A stretch of 64,000 nt of DNA from positions 98,704,001 through 98,768,000 of the forward strand of contig OX597820.1 in assembly GCA_951406725.2 (NCBI GenBank). The letters run 5' to 3'. How positions within the stretch are numbered: position 1 is the stretch's first letter; each line of letters begins with the position of its first letter. The notes under the pieces were generated by a model, which was not told the DNA's origin, made no database searches, and saw only the letters and a program-made list of their open reading frames with translations. Made by a program: the position numbers and the translations under genes. This DNA comes from Octopus vulgaris. Taxonomy: Eukaryota. This document shows positions 13,327-26,823 of this stretch, piece by piece.

Positions 13327-13432
13327 GACCGACCAGGCTAACAGATGTTGCTACACATCGCTGGTCACAATGCGCTTCGCATTGTTTTTTAGCCTACAAA
13401 TGACGCCACTCCGCTAACTAAGCGAGCAGGCC

Positions 13433-13481
<49 letters not shown>

Positions 13482-14341
13482 TACGTATATACGTATACAC
13501 ATGCACACACACATACACATACACACACACGTATAGTATATATATTGTATGTAAAATATGTATGTATATGTATGTATATGTATGTGTGTGTGCTTAATTT
13601 GAAACAAATTTGTGGTTGCTTAGTCTAATAACTGAGATTCGATAATTGGAAAGCAAGTAAAATGCTGTTGATAGACAGATATAAAGACGTTAATAATTGT
13701 ATAGATCTATGTAATATGATAATCTGAACATATGACGGTAGTATTATTACACTCTAGGGAAATGTGTTAACTCTTTGTAGACGTTGTTGACAGCTAAATC
13801 TCAGATATTGTAAATCAGTACAAGGTTATATACTTGATTCAAAGTAAAGAAATTGTATGATATCAGACACTATAAGCACCATTTCTTTTTTTCTTTTGGG
13901 TCTAGAGTCGCGAGAAATGAGTAATGGTAGAACACGTAGCAAATATTGTCTGTCATCTAAGGTGGTGCTAATGTTTTTAATGTAATGAATTAAAAAATAT
14001 ATTAATGAACCCTAGTTTCACACTGTGGTGAAAGATAGTTATTAGTTTAATGATAATTATTGTCAATATACATAGGTGTGGGTGGGGACCGCTCTAAAAT
14101 TGACATTAAGTGAAATTAAATACTGGAATATAGAAGAGAGTGTGTCCTCTTCGTTATAAGTACAGTAGAAACAGCAGACATGTTTCAGAAGTATTAGATC
14201 TCTTCAGTAATTCATAGTGTTTCAAAATACTTGATAGTGTTTAGATCATTAGACGTAAATATTTCTACTTCATCTCCACCTTTTCCAAGTGGCGTTTTAC
14301 AAATACTCCTTTCTATGTTTTGTGTGAAGCTAGATTTATAT

Positions 14342-14559
14342 CTCTTTTCTCTTTTCTCTTTTACTTGTTTCAGTCATTTGACTGCGGCCATGCTGGAGCA
14401 CCCCCTTTAGTCGAGCAACTCGACCCCGGGACTTATTCTTTTTGTAAGCCCAGTACTTATTCTATCGGTCTCTTTTTGCCGAACCGCTAAGTGACGGGGA
14501 CGTAAACACACCAGCATCGGTTGTCAAGCAATGCTAGGGGAACAAACATAGACACACAA

Positions 14560-14592
<33 letters not shown>

Positions 14593-14756
14593 CATATATA
14601 CGACAGGCTTCTTTCAGTTTCCGTCTGCCAAATCCACTCACAAGGCATTGGTCGGCCCGGGGCTATAGCAGAAGACACTTGCCCAAGATGTCACGCAGTG
14701 GGACTGAACCCGGAACCATGTGGATGGTTAGCAAGCTACTTACCACACAGCCACTC
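14342..14756 (-). mobile_element. SINE family A
   Basis: Near full-length reverse-complement copy. Confidence 0.85.
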
Positions 14757-15690
14757 TGGTATATTATAATATTTTTGTATACTATACCAACCAGGACATA
14801 CCATTTTTTTTTTTTGTTTAGATATTTCAGCCAACTAACCCACTCTTGTAATTTTTTTATTACTAAAGAAGGCGAGGACTTATATATAAAAAAAGTTGTA
14901 TCGTAATTTGATGCAACATCAATCTTGTTTCATCTTTCTGATTAAACAATGCAATAATCATACGTTAATTCCACCCCGGGAAAGTTTTTCTGGAAATGTG
15001 TAATTATTGTACCTAATTTAAATATCATAACCCCTCCAAACTTCCGTCTCCTTTCAAAGCGCTCCTTAACTCTTTGAAATCTTTTGTGAGTTTACAATCC
15101 CCCACTCCAACAGAACTTTACCGCCCAGGTTAATAACAACTGTATTGAGTGACTGACAGATCCATATTTAGAGATTTGGTGGATTGCCACAGAAAGGTGT
15201 TGAAACTTAAACATGCAAGTCCCTGGATAATTGCATCTCCGTCACTGTCTCATTTCATTGACGTAATAAAAGAAAGGTTAATATCATTGACGTTAATCTT
15301 TTATCTGTCAGTTCATGATTCGTGGTATATATTATCTGTGTATATATTTCTTGTGGCATTGCTAGTTAAGCAGTGTGTAATTGAATAATCTCTAGGAAAG
15401 TAAATGAAGTTATGAAGAAGAATGGGTTAAACTTTAGAGAATATGGTTACATTTTTCAAAGTGGTCCTGTGTTAGAATGTTTGTAACATATCGTTTGCTA
15501 ATTACCATACGTTCATAATTTATTCCTTGTAACTAGAAGTAGTATACTGATCTCATACTTTTAATAATTGTAGGTTGTCTAGTCATAAATTTGATCATTA
15601 CAGAACTCGATTATCAATCTACTAAGGAAAGGCACTACCATGTGCACTAATTCGTCACATGAATTTTCAAATAGTTTGAAAAAAGTATTG

Positions 15691-15996
15691 CTTGATTGAT
15701 TGATTCTAGTTTCAGCTCACGAGCTGTGGCCATGCTGGGGCACCGCCATTTGGTGTTGCTACATGGTTTTACTTCACGAATGCTTTTTAGCAACTGCCAT
15801 TTGGTGCATGAGAGAGTTCGATGCAGCTGCCCTCATCTGCACCTCCTGCCGTGAAGTTGGTTCATCTGGGATACCTGACAAGAAGAGATCCAGTTTCATT
15901 TTAAAGACATCTGCATCCACCCCATGCAGGTCTCTTAGGTTCTTCGGGAGGATATTGAAGAGCTGTGGGCCTCGGAAGCCCAGGCTATCACAGTAT
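15691..15996 (-). mobile_element. CR1/L2-like LINE 3' end
   Basis: ORF DSLGFRGPQLFNILPKNLRD...FKMKLDLFLSGIPDEP; 3' UTR ggcggtgccccagcatggcc...gctgaaac plus (AATC)n. Confidence 0.8.
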
Positions 15997-16549
15997 GCAT
16001 ATTTAATTATTAACTTTACCGCACTGCTATTTAAAACTGCTGTAAGCATGCCATGACGCTAAACTTCCAAATGGACCTGCGCCTCTAGCTATAATAATAT
16101 TGCAGTCTTGTAATACCCCATCATTGTAAACGAAACAGAAACAGCAGATAATTAAAATGTGAAAGTGTTTAATCCTTTTCTTGTTCAAAGCATCTTCATA
16201 AATTTCTTCTAAACGGCTGTATTGCTTTAAGACTTATAGTTAGCACTTGTTTCATGTTACCAGTAATATAAATCTTTCCTTTCATAAGGCCAAAGGTACA
16301 GTCATGGTTGAAAAAAATGACAATATGCATCATATACGATGCACAGACGATAGGGAAATGTGTCCTATGTATCAAATGTGATATACAGGACAAATAAAAG
16401 GGTTTAGTGTTGGTTATAGAGTGAGAAGCTATCTGGAAACCTGCTTCTGAATTCTATCTCATACTTAACGCTTCCGACCGAGTCGTCTTTGTTTATCATT
16501 GGATTTGGAATCTGCTTTTGTTCGAGGACGTCGATATGATAACTAGAGA

Positions 16550-16800
16550 TTAAATAAGTACCAGTTACGCACTGGGGCCGATATAATCGACTTAATCCGT
16601 TTGTTTATCCTTGTTTGTCCTCTCTGTGTTTAGCCCCGTGTGGGTAGTAAAGAAATAGGCATTTCGCCCGTCATTACGTTCTGAGTTCAAATTCCGCCGA
16701 GGTCGACTTTGCCTTTCATCCTTTGAGGGGTCGATAAAATAAGTAGCAGTTGAATACTGGGGTCGAAGTAATCGACTCATCTCTACCTCCCACAAGCTGC
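16550..16800 (+). mobile_element. SINE family B, permuted (tail joined to body)
   Basis: Same tail-to-body junction as the 7662 array. Confidence 0.75.
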
Positions 16801-17202
16801 CTATGTGGCAAAAATTTGAAATAGTTATTCAATATAAACTACTGCAGAAAGGCTCACTTTTATGCACTTTAAAATAATAATTGAAAATATTTAAAATAGG
16901 GAGAAAAAGAGGCCAACGAACCTTTGAATGCTTAATGTTAATTAGGTGTAGGAGTTGATCGGCTTCTGGCTAGATTAAAAGTGACGCCTTATTCCTGTTA
17001 AATTATATATTATATTGGGTAGAGAGAAAAGTTAATACTCATACACACACACGTGTGTGTGTACACATATGTGTAGATATGTAATATATATATTACACAT
17101 ATGTGTAGATATGTAATATATATATATATTACACATATGTGTAGATATGTAATATATATATATATATATATACATACATACATACACACATATATATACT
17201 GT

Positions 17203-17432
17203 GGAGGAACATGGCCTATTGGTTAGAGCAGCGGACTCTCGGTCGAGGGATCGCGGGTTCGAGACTCAGACCGGGCGATGTGTGTGTTTATGAGCGAAAC
17301 ACCTAAGCTCCATGCGTCTCCAGCAGATGGTAATGGCGAACTTCTATTGACTCTTTCGCCACAACTTTCTCTCACCTGCGAGAGACCGGCAAACCGGCCG
17401 TTATGAACCAGGCATGGCTCGGGAAGTCACAA
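17203..17432 (+). mobile_element. SINE family C, tail type 1, internally deleted
   Basis: Homologous to 11744-12042. Confidence 0.75.
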
Positions 17433-17433
17433 G

Positions 17434-17470
<37 letters not shown>

Positions 17471-17799
17471 TAGGGTGTGTGTGTGTGTGTGTGTGCTTAA
17501 TGTTTCAATTAAGGATATTTAAATGGATACATTTGACTGGATACATTTGTAAAATCAAATCAAATAGAACGGTTCTCGTGCAAATCATCTTATTAAATAA
17601 ATAAATAAAAACTTTATTAAATAGAATTAAGACATATAGATAGATATCTTCTGTCATGCTAATATAATTTTACTTGTTTCATTAGATTATGGCCTACTTA
17701 GACGATCAAGTTGACCTCAATGTTTATTCTAGATCTACTTACTAATTGTACCAGTTGTATCGGCTCTTTCTCCGGATAAACCTCGAAACAAACAAACGC

Positions 17800-17843
<44 letters not shown>

Positions 17844-17844
<1 letters not shown>

Positions 17845-18689
17845 GATAGATACTCAAAAGAAACCGGAGTATTATTTTATTCACTTAGTTTTACATGTTT
17901 GCACTTTTGGCGCCTTCAAATTATTCAGCTTTTGAAGCAATGCCTCGGTTCAGGCGCGTTTTCCACTATTCGAAGCAGTGTTGGAACTCCTGCGAAGTGG
18001 TGCTTTTTAACGCCTCTCTCATTTTTTTTCTTCACCTCTTCCACATCGACAAATTCCTTAGCACCAGCTTCCGTCACCAGTGATGACCTTCGAAAAAAGA
18101 TCCGGATCAACTTCCAACTATTCTTTTAATTCACAGCACGCATTCAATCATGACTGCTTTTGATCTCCCGTGAGCAAGCGAGGCACAAATTTTGCTGCAA
18201 CTCTCTTCATTTGCAATTCCTTGCTCCAGGACACACCAGTCCTATCAGCAAGTTCGTCAATTGTTCAGTGATGGTCTTCCAAGAACAATTCACAAATTTT
18301 CATGCTTTCATTCGTTCGGGAGGTCGACGGATGCCCTGAACGAGGTTGGGTTTCAAGCGACAAGCAAACATTCCTAAAGCATGGAAACTGCTCATAAACT
18401 TCTGTTTTGCTCATGGCACTGAAGCATGACACTGAAGCTGCCGTTTCCTTCAGTAGAAAACAGAATTTCACGGAAAAACGCTATTCCTACGTTACACCCA
18501 TCGCAAAAATTGACGAACATGGGAAAAACACTGCAAAACAAAGACGCACTACGGGGCAATACGACCGCACCCAACGACGCCGTTCGGTTGACTGGTGCCT
18601 GGGGGTTGCATCAACTGGGTTCTAACAGCAGAAGCCTGAACTACAACGGGTTAGTCCTACGTTTCCGGTTAATTTTGGTTACCTCCTCG
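17844..18689 (-). mobile_element. Mariner deletion derivative
   Basis: Imperfect TIRs with TA flanks; fragments MKFCFLLKETAAS...QPRSGHPSTSRT, FVPRLL, KEFVDVEEVKKK. Confidence 0.85.
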
Positions 18690-18806
18690 TATATATATAT
18701 ATATATATATATAAAATATTATTAGAGACAAAACCACTATTTTGTAAAACAAACAAGGAAAGATTTAATCAATACATAAAATTTTAATAAATAGTCAAAA
18801 AAACCG

Positions 18807-18849
18807 CCACTACAATCGTTTCTTGTCTTGATCGACAATCTTCAGGTGG
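18807..18849 (-). ncRNA. Minimal type-I hammerhead ribozyme, canonical core
   Basis: Reverse complement of 21862-21904. Confidence 0.75.
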
Positions 18850-21800
18850 ACTTCAATCTAAAATATCAATATTTTAAAATATACAAATAATAATTTTAAA
18901 ATAATTAAAGTATGAATGAAAAAATATAAATATATAATCCATATATAACCTATATATAATCCATATATAATCAATATATAAACAATATATAAACTAAAAT
19001 AAACCTATCAACAATTAAATATAAAATATAAAATATAAAATATTTGTTTGGTGTATATGTTGAGGCTTATTTGTACTTGTGGGTGTGTGTGAGTGGGGTG
19101 GGTGTTTGTATTTGTTATGGGTGTGTGGTTTATGTGTGTGTTTTTGTGTGTGAATGTATAGGTCAAAGGGATTGCTATATAAGTATGTTATAGTGTTTAG
19201 TAAAGGGAGGTTTTATTATTTCTGTTTTGTGAGTTTTAGCTTATCATGGTAGTTTTATAAAAGAATCCATTCATAATTTTTGTGTTTATTTGTATGTGTG
19301 GGGTTGAGTGGGTTTTGGAGTATATGTTGAGGTTTATATGTATGTATTGGTATGTGTAAGTGGTGTGGGTATCTGTATATGTCGTGGGTGTGTGGTTTAC
19401 GTGTGTGTATTTGTGTGTGAATGTTTAGGTTAGGGGGATTGCTATATAGGTATGTTATAGAGTTTAGTAAAGGGAGATTTTATCATTATATGTTTTGTGA
19501 GTTTTGGTTTATCTTGGTAGGTTTTACTCTCACCCATTCGCACGGATGTGAATCTCCGGTGTATATGTTGAGGCTTATATGTAGCGCTGTGGAGGCGAAC
19601 GTCGTTGAAATTGTGAATGAATGGGTGGAGTTGGGAATTGTAACCGGGTGGTGGACTAGCGTTGCTTGGAATTGTGAGTGGAATAGTGTAGTAGTGAGGT
19701 AGGCATCGAGAATAGGTTTGGGTTGCTGCAAGTTGTTTGTTAGAGCTGCTAAGGTGAGCTAAAGCTCATAAATGTATATAATGATTTTTCATGGTAGTTT
19801 TTTAAAGAATCCATTCATAATAAATTTTTTTAAGTAGTGTTGGTTTGCCACGTGGATATAGTTTTTAGTTCCATTTATTCTTTTTCTCCATTCATAATTT
19901 TAAATGACGTTTACTTTCCATGACGCGTATTCTTTTTTTACATAAGTTATTTCTATGGTAACGTAATTTTGGTTTGATTTTTTTAACGGCTAAGAATTTA
20001 ATTTCACTTTATAATTTGAAACTGACTTGTAAGTATGTATTTTATTTATCCTTATGTCATATTGTTATTTTTGATATTCTGGTTAATTACGATGTATTTA
20101 ATGTTGTTTTCATAGGAGTGTTTATGTATATGAGATTGTGTGTGAGTTTTTAGTTGTATAATTTATTTATCTGTATGAGTGTGGGTGTGTAAATATTGTT
20201 GTATATATCGAGTTTAGTGAGTATGTATATGCGTATATGTGAGGGAGTATATGTATCTGTTGTGTGTGTGTGTTTTGCCTGTGTGTGTGTTTGTGTGTGA
20301 ATGTGTATATGGGTTTGTTATTTAGGTTTTGGGATGTATGTGTTAATTTGTCTGTGTGTGGAGGGAGTGGATTTTGGTGTATATTGAGCTTTATAAGTTA
20401 GTATAGGTATGTGTATAAGTCGTGGGTCTGTGGTTTACGTGTGTGTATTTGTGTGTGAATGTTTAGGTTAGGGGGATTGCTATATAGGTTTGTTATAGAG
20501 TTTAGCATAGGGAGATTTTATCGTTATATGTTTTTAAGAGTTTTGGTTTATCATGGTTTTTTTTAGGGAATTCGTGGTAATTTGTCTATTTTCGATGTTG
20601 GTTGTTTTATTGCATTGTTTCATTCATAATTTTTGAGTGGTGTTCGTTTTGCCACGTGAATATTATTTTTTATTCCATTTATTCCATTTCTCCATTCATT
20701 AATTTAGAGATGTTCGTTTCCGGAGCGGTTATACTTTTTATACATATGTTAAGTTCCTTGGTAAAGTAATTTTGTTCGTGTATATGTTGAGGCTTATATG
20801 TACTTGTGGGTGTGTGTGAGTGGGGTGGGTGTTTGTATTTGTTATGGGTGTGTGGTTTACATGTGTGTTTTTGTGTGTGAATGTATAGTTTAAAGGGATT
20901 GCTATATAAGTATGTTATAGTGTTTAGTAAAGGGAGGTTTTATCATTTCTGTTTTGTGAGTTTTAGCTTATCATGGTAGTTTTATAAAAGAATCCATTCA
21001 TAATTTTTGTGTTTATTTGTCTGTGTGGGGTTGAGTGGGTTTTTGGAGTATATGTTGAGGTTTATATGTATGTATTGGTATGTGTAAGTGGTGTGAGTAT
21101 TTGTATATGTCGTGGGTGTGTGGTTTACGTGTGTGTATTTGTGTGTGAATGTTTAGGTTAGGGGGATTGCTATATAGGTATGTTATAGAGTTTAGTAAAG
21201 GGAGATTTTATCATTATATGTTTTTGTGAGTTTTGGTTTATCATGGTAGGTTTGTTAAGGAATTCGTAGTAATTTGTGTATATTTGCGATGTCTGTTGTT
21301 TTATTGCATTGTTTCATTCATAATTTTTAAGTAGTGTTCGTTTTACCAAGTGAATATAATTTTTAATTCCATTTATTCCATTTCTCCGTTCATAGTTTTG
21401 AGTGATGTCCGTTTTCTAGAGCGTGAATGTGGGTTGTATGTGTGTGTGTGTGTGGGAGTATGAATAAGTATTGTGTTGAAGTATTTAGCTATTTTATTTA
21501 TTTATAGTTGCCTAGACGTTTTTATGTGTATGTATAGGGATATATATATAGGTGTGTGGTTTAGTGTATGTAGTTAGATATGGTTATATATAATTAGGTA
21601 TATGTGTATGGGTGTATATATAGTTTATTATTATATTATTATTATTTTTTGTTTTGTTTTATATTTTATATTTTATATTTTATATTTTATATTTAATTGT
21701 TGATAGGTTTATTTTAGTTTATATATTGTTTATATATTGATTATATATGGATTATATATAGGTTATATATGGATTATATATTTATATTTTTTCATTCATA

Positions 21801-21861
21801 CTTTAATTATTTTAAAATTATTATTTGTATATTTTAAAATATTGATATTTTAGATTGAAGT

Positions 21862-21904
21862 CCACCTGAAGATTGTCGATCAAGACAAGAAACGATTGTA
21901 GTGG
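21862..21904 (+). ncRNA. Minimal type-I hammerhead ribozyme, canonical core
   Basis: ccac-CTGAAGA-ttgtc(gatcaa)gacaa-GAAAC(gatt)GTA-gtgg. Confidence 0.8.
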
Positions 21905-22102
21905 CGGTTTTTTTGACTATTTATTAAAATTTTATGTATTGATTAAGTCTTTCCTTGTTTGTTTTACAAAATAGTGGTTTTGTCTCTAATAATATTTTAT
22001 AATATTTTACTATAAAATTGGATTTAATCCTAAATCTGATTTTTTTCCCTGTAAATTTGGATTTATTCCCTAATATTTATTATATATATATATATATATA
22101 TT

Positions 22103-22590
22103 GTTATATTTCGGAATGGTCATTTTGCCAGTTTAGCCAATAAAAATACACGCACTATATATTTGGTGTTATTTTGCTTTAGTGTTATTTATTTTTTACA
22201 TTAATCTTAATCTTTTTTCGGCCAGAGTTCTTTCGTCACACTCCTGTGACCGCATCAGTGGTCCTTTGTTTTCTTCTTTCTTATTTGTGTCTCTCCTTAC
22301 TAACCGTCAGCCATTTTAGTAAGCTGACGGTTAGTAAGGAGAGACACAAATAAGAAAGAAGAAAACAAAGGACCACTGATGCGGTCACGGGAGTGTGACG
22401 AAAGAACTCTGGCCGAAAAAAGATTAAGATTAATGTAAAAAATAAATAACACTGAAGCAAAATAACACCAAATATATAGTGCGTGTGTTTTTATTGGCTA
22501 CACTGGCAAAATGACCATTCCGAAATATAACTATCTGTTTCAACACACGACTTCACATAAAAAATCTTGCACAACAAATATTTAAACGTA
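22103..22590. mobile_element. Palindromic pair of PLE-like pseudo-LTRs (family H3)
   Basis: Arms 22103-22311 and 22323-22531 near-perfect inverted with 11-nt spacer; right arm extends further to (TA)n. Confidence 0.7.
22373..22412 (+). ncRNA. Hammerhead-like motif, A9C core (mirror copy 22222-22261 minus)
   Basis: cca-CTGATGC-g-gtcac(gggagt)gtgac-GAAAG(aa)CTC-tgg. Confidence 0.5.
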
Positions 22591-22626
22591 TATATTTAAA
22601 CGTATATATATATATATATATATATA

Positions 22627-25600
22627 TTCCGTCGTAACTGCTCCTGTCCTTTCTCGCCCGCCTTCTAAGGCCACTGGTCGACATCTTCCTCTCTCGTCGT
22701 CCACTATAATCCAGCGTTTGCAATACTTTTTTCGTCTGGCGTTAACAGCCCTTCTTATCTTGTTCTCCTTGTCCTGTCTCTCACTGTTATATATTTATTT
22801 TTCCACTGTTTATATATATATTTTTTATTGTTTATATGTTTGTACTGTCGTTACCGTCTTGCTTTTTTTACCCCTCTGCAAAAAGATCTCAGAATTTTAA
22901 TTGATTTGCTTTTCGCAGGAAGGAATTTTTCATTCGAAGTATACGTCTCGCTTTTATCCTTCGAAACGTTTAGTAGATGAAACTTTAGCGACTGAAGAAG
23001 GGGATTTTTCGTTGTGCTTATTGTCCTGTATCTCTCTCTTTTTTTTGCCTGTCTTGTTCCTTGGTTTGTGTCTATGTTTTTCGTCTCTCTATGTGTTCGA
23101 CGTCTTTTTGGTGTCCTGTACACATATATACGTGTATATGTACATGTAGAGGTAGGTACGTACATATATGTTTATATATATGCATATATTTTATTAACAT
23201 ATTATACGACTAAACGCACGCACCCTATTAAGTAAGATTGTTCTGTTTATCAAGTTCGCCTTGATATTAACTCTCACGCGACTCTGCATCTTTCTTTCTT
23301 TCTCTCCCATTCTCTCCCATTCCCTTTTTCGTCTTTTTTTCCCTCACTTAACTTGTCTCTTCCTCTCTCTCTCCCCCTCACTGTTCTTCATGGTCTCCTC
23401 GCACCATTCCCCTTCTTCTCTCTCTTCCTCTTGCTCCTCCTCCCCCATTCCCGTCGTCCATCTGCGACGTTACTTCCGTCGTAACTGCTCCTGTCCTTTC
23501 TCGCCCGCCTTCTAAGGCCACTGGTCGACATCTTCCTCTCTCGTCGTCCACTATAATCCAGCGTTTGCAATACTTTTTTCGTCTGGCGTTAACAGCCCTT
23601 CTTATCTTGTTCTCCTTGTCCTGTCTCTCACTGTTATATATTTATTTTTCCACTGTTTATATATATATTTTTTATTGTTTATATGTTTGTACTGTCGTTA
23701 CCGTCTTGCTTTTTTTACCCCTCTGCAAAAAGATCTCAGAATTTTAATTGATTTGCTTTTCGCAGGAAGGAATTTTTCATTCGAAGTATACGTCTCGCTT
23801 TTATCCTTCGAAACGTTTAGTAGATGAAACTTTAGCGACTGAAGAAGGGGATTTTTCGTTGTGCTTATTGTCCTGTATCTCTCTCTCTTTTTTTTGCCTG
23901 TCTTGTTCCTTGGTTTGTGTCTATGTTTTTCGTCTCTCTATGTGTTCGACGTCTTTTTGGTGTCCTGTACACATATATGCGTGTATATGTACATGTAGAG
24001 GTAGGTACGTACATATATGTTTATATATATGCATATATTTTATTAACATATTATACGACTAAACGCACGCACCCTATTAAGTAAGATTGTTCTGTTTATC
24101 AAGTTCGCCTTGATATTAACTCTCACGCGACTCTGCATCTTTCTTTCTTTCTCTCCCATTCTCTCCCATTCCCTTTTTCGTCTTTTTTCCCTCACTTAAC
24201 TTGTCTCTTCCTCTCTCTCTCCCCCTCACTGTTCTTCATGGTCTCCTCGCACCATTCCCCTTCTTCTCTCTCTTCCTCTTGCTCCTCCTCCCCCATTCCC
24301 GTCGTCCATCTGCGACGTTACTTCCGTCGTAACTGCTCCTGTCCTTTCTCGCCCGCCTTCTAAGGCCACTGGTCGACATCTTCCTCTCTCGTCGTCCACT
24401 ATAATCCAGCGTTTGCAATACTTTTTTCGTCTGGCGTTAACAGCCCTTCTTATCTTGTTCTCCTTGTCCTGTCTCTCACTGTTATATATTTATTTTTCCA
24501 CTGTTTATATATATATTTTTTATTGTTTATATGTTTGTACTGTCGTTACCGTCTTGCTTTTTTTACCCCTCTGCAAAAAGATCTCAGAATTTTAATTGAT
24601 TTGCTTTTCGCAGGAAGGAATTTTTCATTCGAAGTATACGTCTCGCTTTTATCCTTCGAAACGTTTAGTAGATGAAACTTTAGCGACTGAAGAAGGGGAT
24701 TTTTCGTTGTGCTTATTGTCCTGTATCTCTCTCTTTTTTTGCCTGTCTTGTTCCTTGGTTTGTGTCTATGTTTTTCGTCTCTCTATGTGTTCGACGTCTT
24801 TTTGGTGTCCTGTACACATATATGCGTGTATATGTACATGTAGAGGTAGGTACGTACATATATGTTTATATATATGCATATATTTTATTAACATATTATA
24901 CGACTAAACGCACGCACCCTATTAAGTAAGATTGTTCTGTTTATCAAGTTCGCCTTGATATTAACTCTCACGCGACTCTGCATCTTTCTTTCTTTCTCTC
25001 CCATTCTCTCCCATTCCCTTTTTCGTCTTTTTTCCCTCACTTAACTTGTCTCTTCCTCTCTCTCTCCCCCTCACTGTTCTTCATGGTCTCCTCGCACCAT
25101 TCCCCTTCTTCTCTCTCTTCCTCTTGCTCCTCCTCCCCCATTCCCGTCGTCCATCTGCGACGTTACTTCCGTCGTAACTGCTCCTGTCCTTTCTCGCCCG
25201 CCTTCTAAGGCCACTGGTCGACATCTTCCTCTCTCGTCGTCCACTATAATCCAGCGTTTGCAATACTTTTTTCGTCTGGCGTTAACAGCCCTTCTTATCT
25301 TGTTCTCCTTGTCCTGTCTCTCACTGTTATATATTTATTTTTCCACTGTTTATATATATATTTTTTATTGTTTATATGTTTGTACTGTCGTTACCGTCTT
25401 GCTTTTTTTACCCCTCTGCAAAAAGATCTCAGAATTTTAATTGATTTGCTTTTCGCAGGAAGGAATTTTTCATTCGAAGTATACGTCTCGCTTTTATCCT
25501 TCGAAACGTTTAGTAGATGAAACTTTAGCGACTGAAGAAGGGGATTTTTCGTTGTGCTTATTGTCCTGTATCTCTCTCTCTTTTTTTTGCCTGTCTTGTT

Positions 25601-25737
25601 CCTTGGTTTGTGTCTATGTTTTTCGTCTCTCTATGTGTTCGACGTCTTTTTGGTGTCCTGTACACATATATGCGTGTATATGTACATGTAGAGGTAGGTA
25701 CGTACATATATGTTTATATATATGCATATATTTTATT

Positions 25738-25742
<5 letters not shown>
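22627..25742 (+). repeat. Tandem array, ~847-bp unit x3.7, near-identical copies, inside (TA)n
   Basis: Unit starts at 22627, 23474, 24322, 25167 (periods 847, 848, 845); identical ORFs recur in the track. Confidence 0.95.
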
Positions 25743-25785
<43 letters not shown>

Positions 25786-25829
25786 TTTATATATTAATTT
25801 ATATAAATAAGGATAAGATCGTTATTTAA

Positions 25830-26043
25830 ATACCTATTTCTTTACTACCCACAAGGGGCTAAACACAGAGAGAACAAACAAGGACAGACAAACGGATTAA
25901 GTCGATTATATCGACTCCAGTGCTTAACTGATATTTATTTAATCGACCCCGAAAGGATGAAAGGCAAAGTCGACCTCGGCGAAATTTGAACTCAGAACGT
26001 AGCGGCAGACGAAATACCACCAAGCATTTCGCCCGGCGTGCTA
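25830..26043 (-). mobile_element. SINE family B
   Basis: Homology to 7662 unit. Confidence 0.85.
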
Positions 26044-26528
26044 GGTGGTCAGCATTGGAATAAAAACCTTCAAAGGTAATACTTATTATTAAAATTATAA
26101 TTTAGGGTATCTAAGAGATGCCACCACGCTGGAAATAACGGCTAAAACTTTACTCTAAAACCACATTAAATGTTCATACAGCACCAGGAGAGAAGACAAA
26201 GAGACAAAATAAACTAGCAAAAAAAAATACTGGGTTAGTTGCACATACTTGGGTGTATGCATCGACAGTTCAACCAAAGCACCAACTCAAAATTACATAT
26301 TCACAAATACCGGGAACTCTCTTAACTCAAATAATCTTGTCGCTTTGTTAGCGACCGGTTTGAAGCCGCTGAAAGAGTCTCTCAAAGGGAACTCAAAGAA
26401 AAATCATACATTCATACATACATACATGCATACGTACATATATACATACGCGCATGCATGCATGCATGCGTACATACATACATACATACATACATACATA
26501 CATACATACATACATACATAGACACAGA

Positions 26529-26590
<62 letters not shown>

Positions 26591-26792
26591 GTGGCAGCGG
26601 CAGCAACGGTGATGGTGGTGATGGTAGCTAAGGGGAAGGAATTAAGCGTATGAAAAAAAGATTCTGAGATAAATATATAATCAAATGTCTGGGAGGTAAA
26701 TTAAGGTGCGTAGCTATTTGACATCACTGTGACAATGTATCCGGGTGTGGTAATGTATGTAAGTGTGTGTAATTGTGCGTATGTGTATATGA

Positions 26793-26823
<31 letters not shown>

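Larger units (their letters stand above)
18713..22080. mobile_element. PLE-like element with ~330-bp inverted pseudo-LTRs around GT-rich degenerate tandem repeats (family H2)
   Basis: 18713-19041 is a near-perfect reverse complement of 21663-21998; HHR in both arms; (TA)n on both flanks; 19053-19520 repeated at 20780-21250. Confidence 0.75.

Noticed and set aside
22718-25785. Repeated small ORFs in the 847-bp array as genes
   Set aside because: Low-complexity, non-ATG starts, frames broken by slippage between copies
26325-26365. Degenerate H4-like hammerhead (minus ggtcgc..aaagcgac)
   Set aside because: Only a stem II-like hairpin matches; core absent
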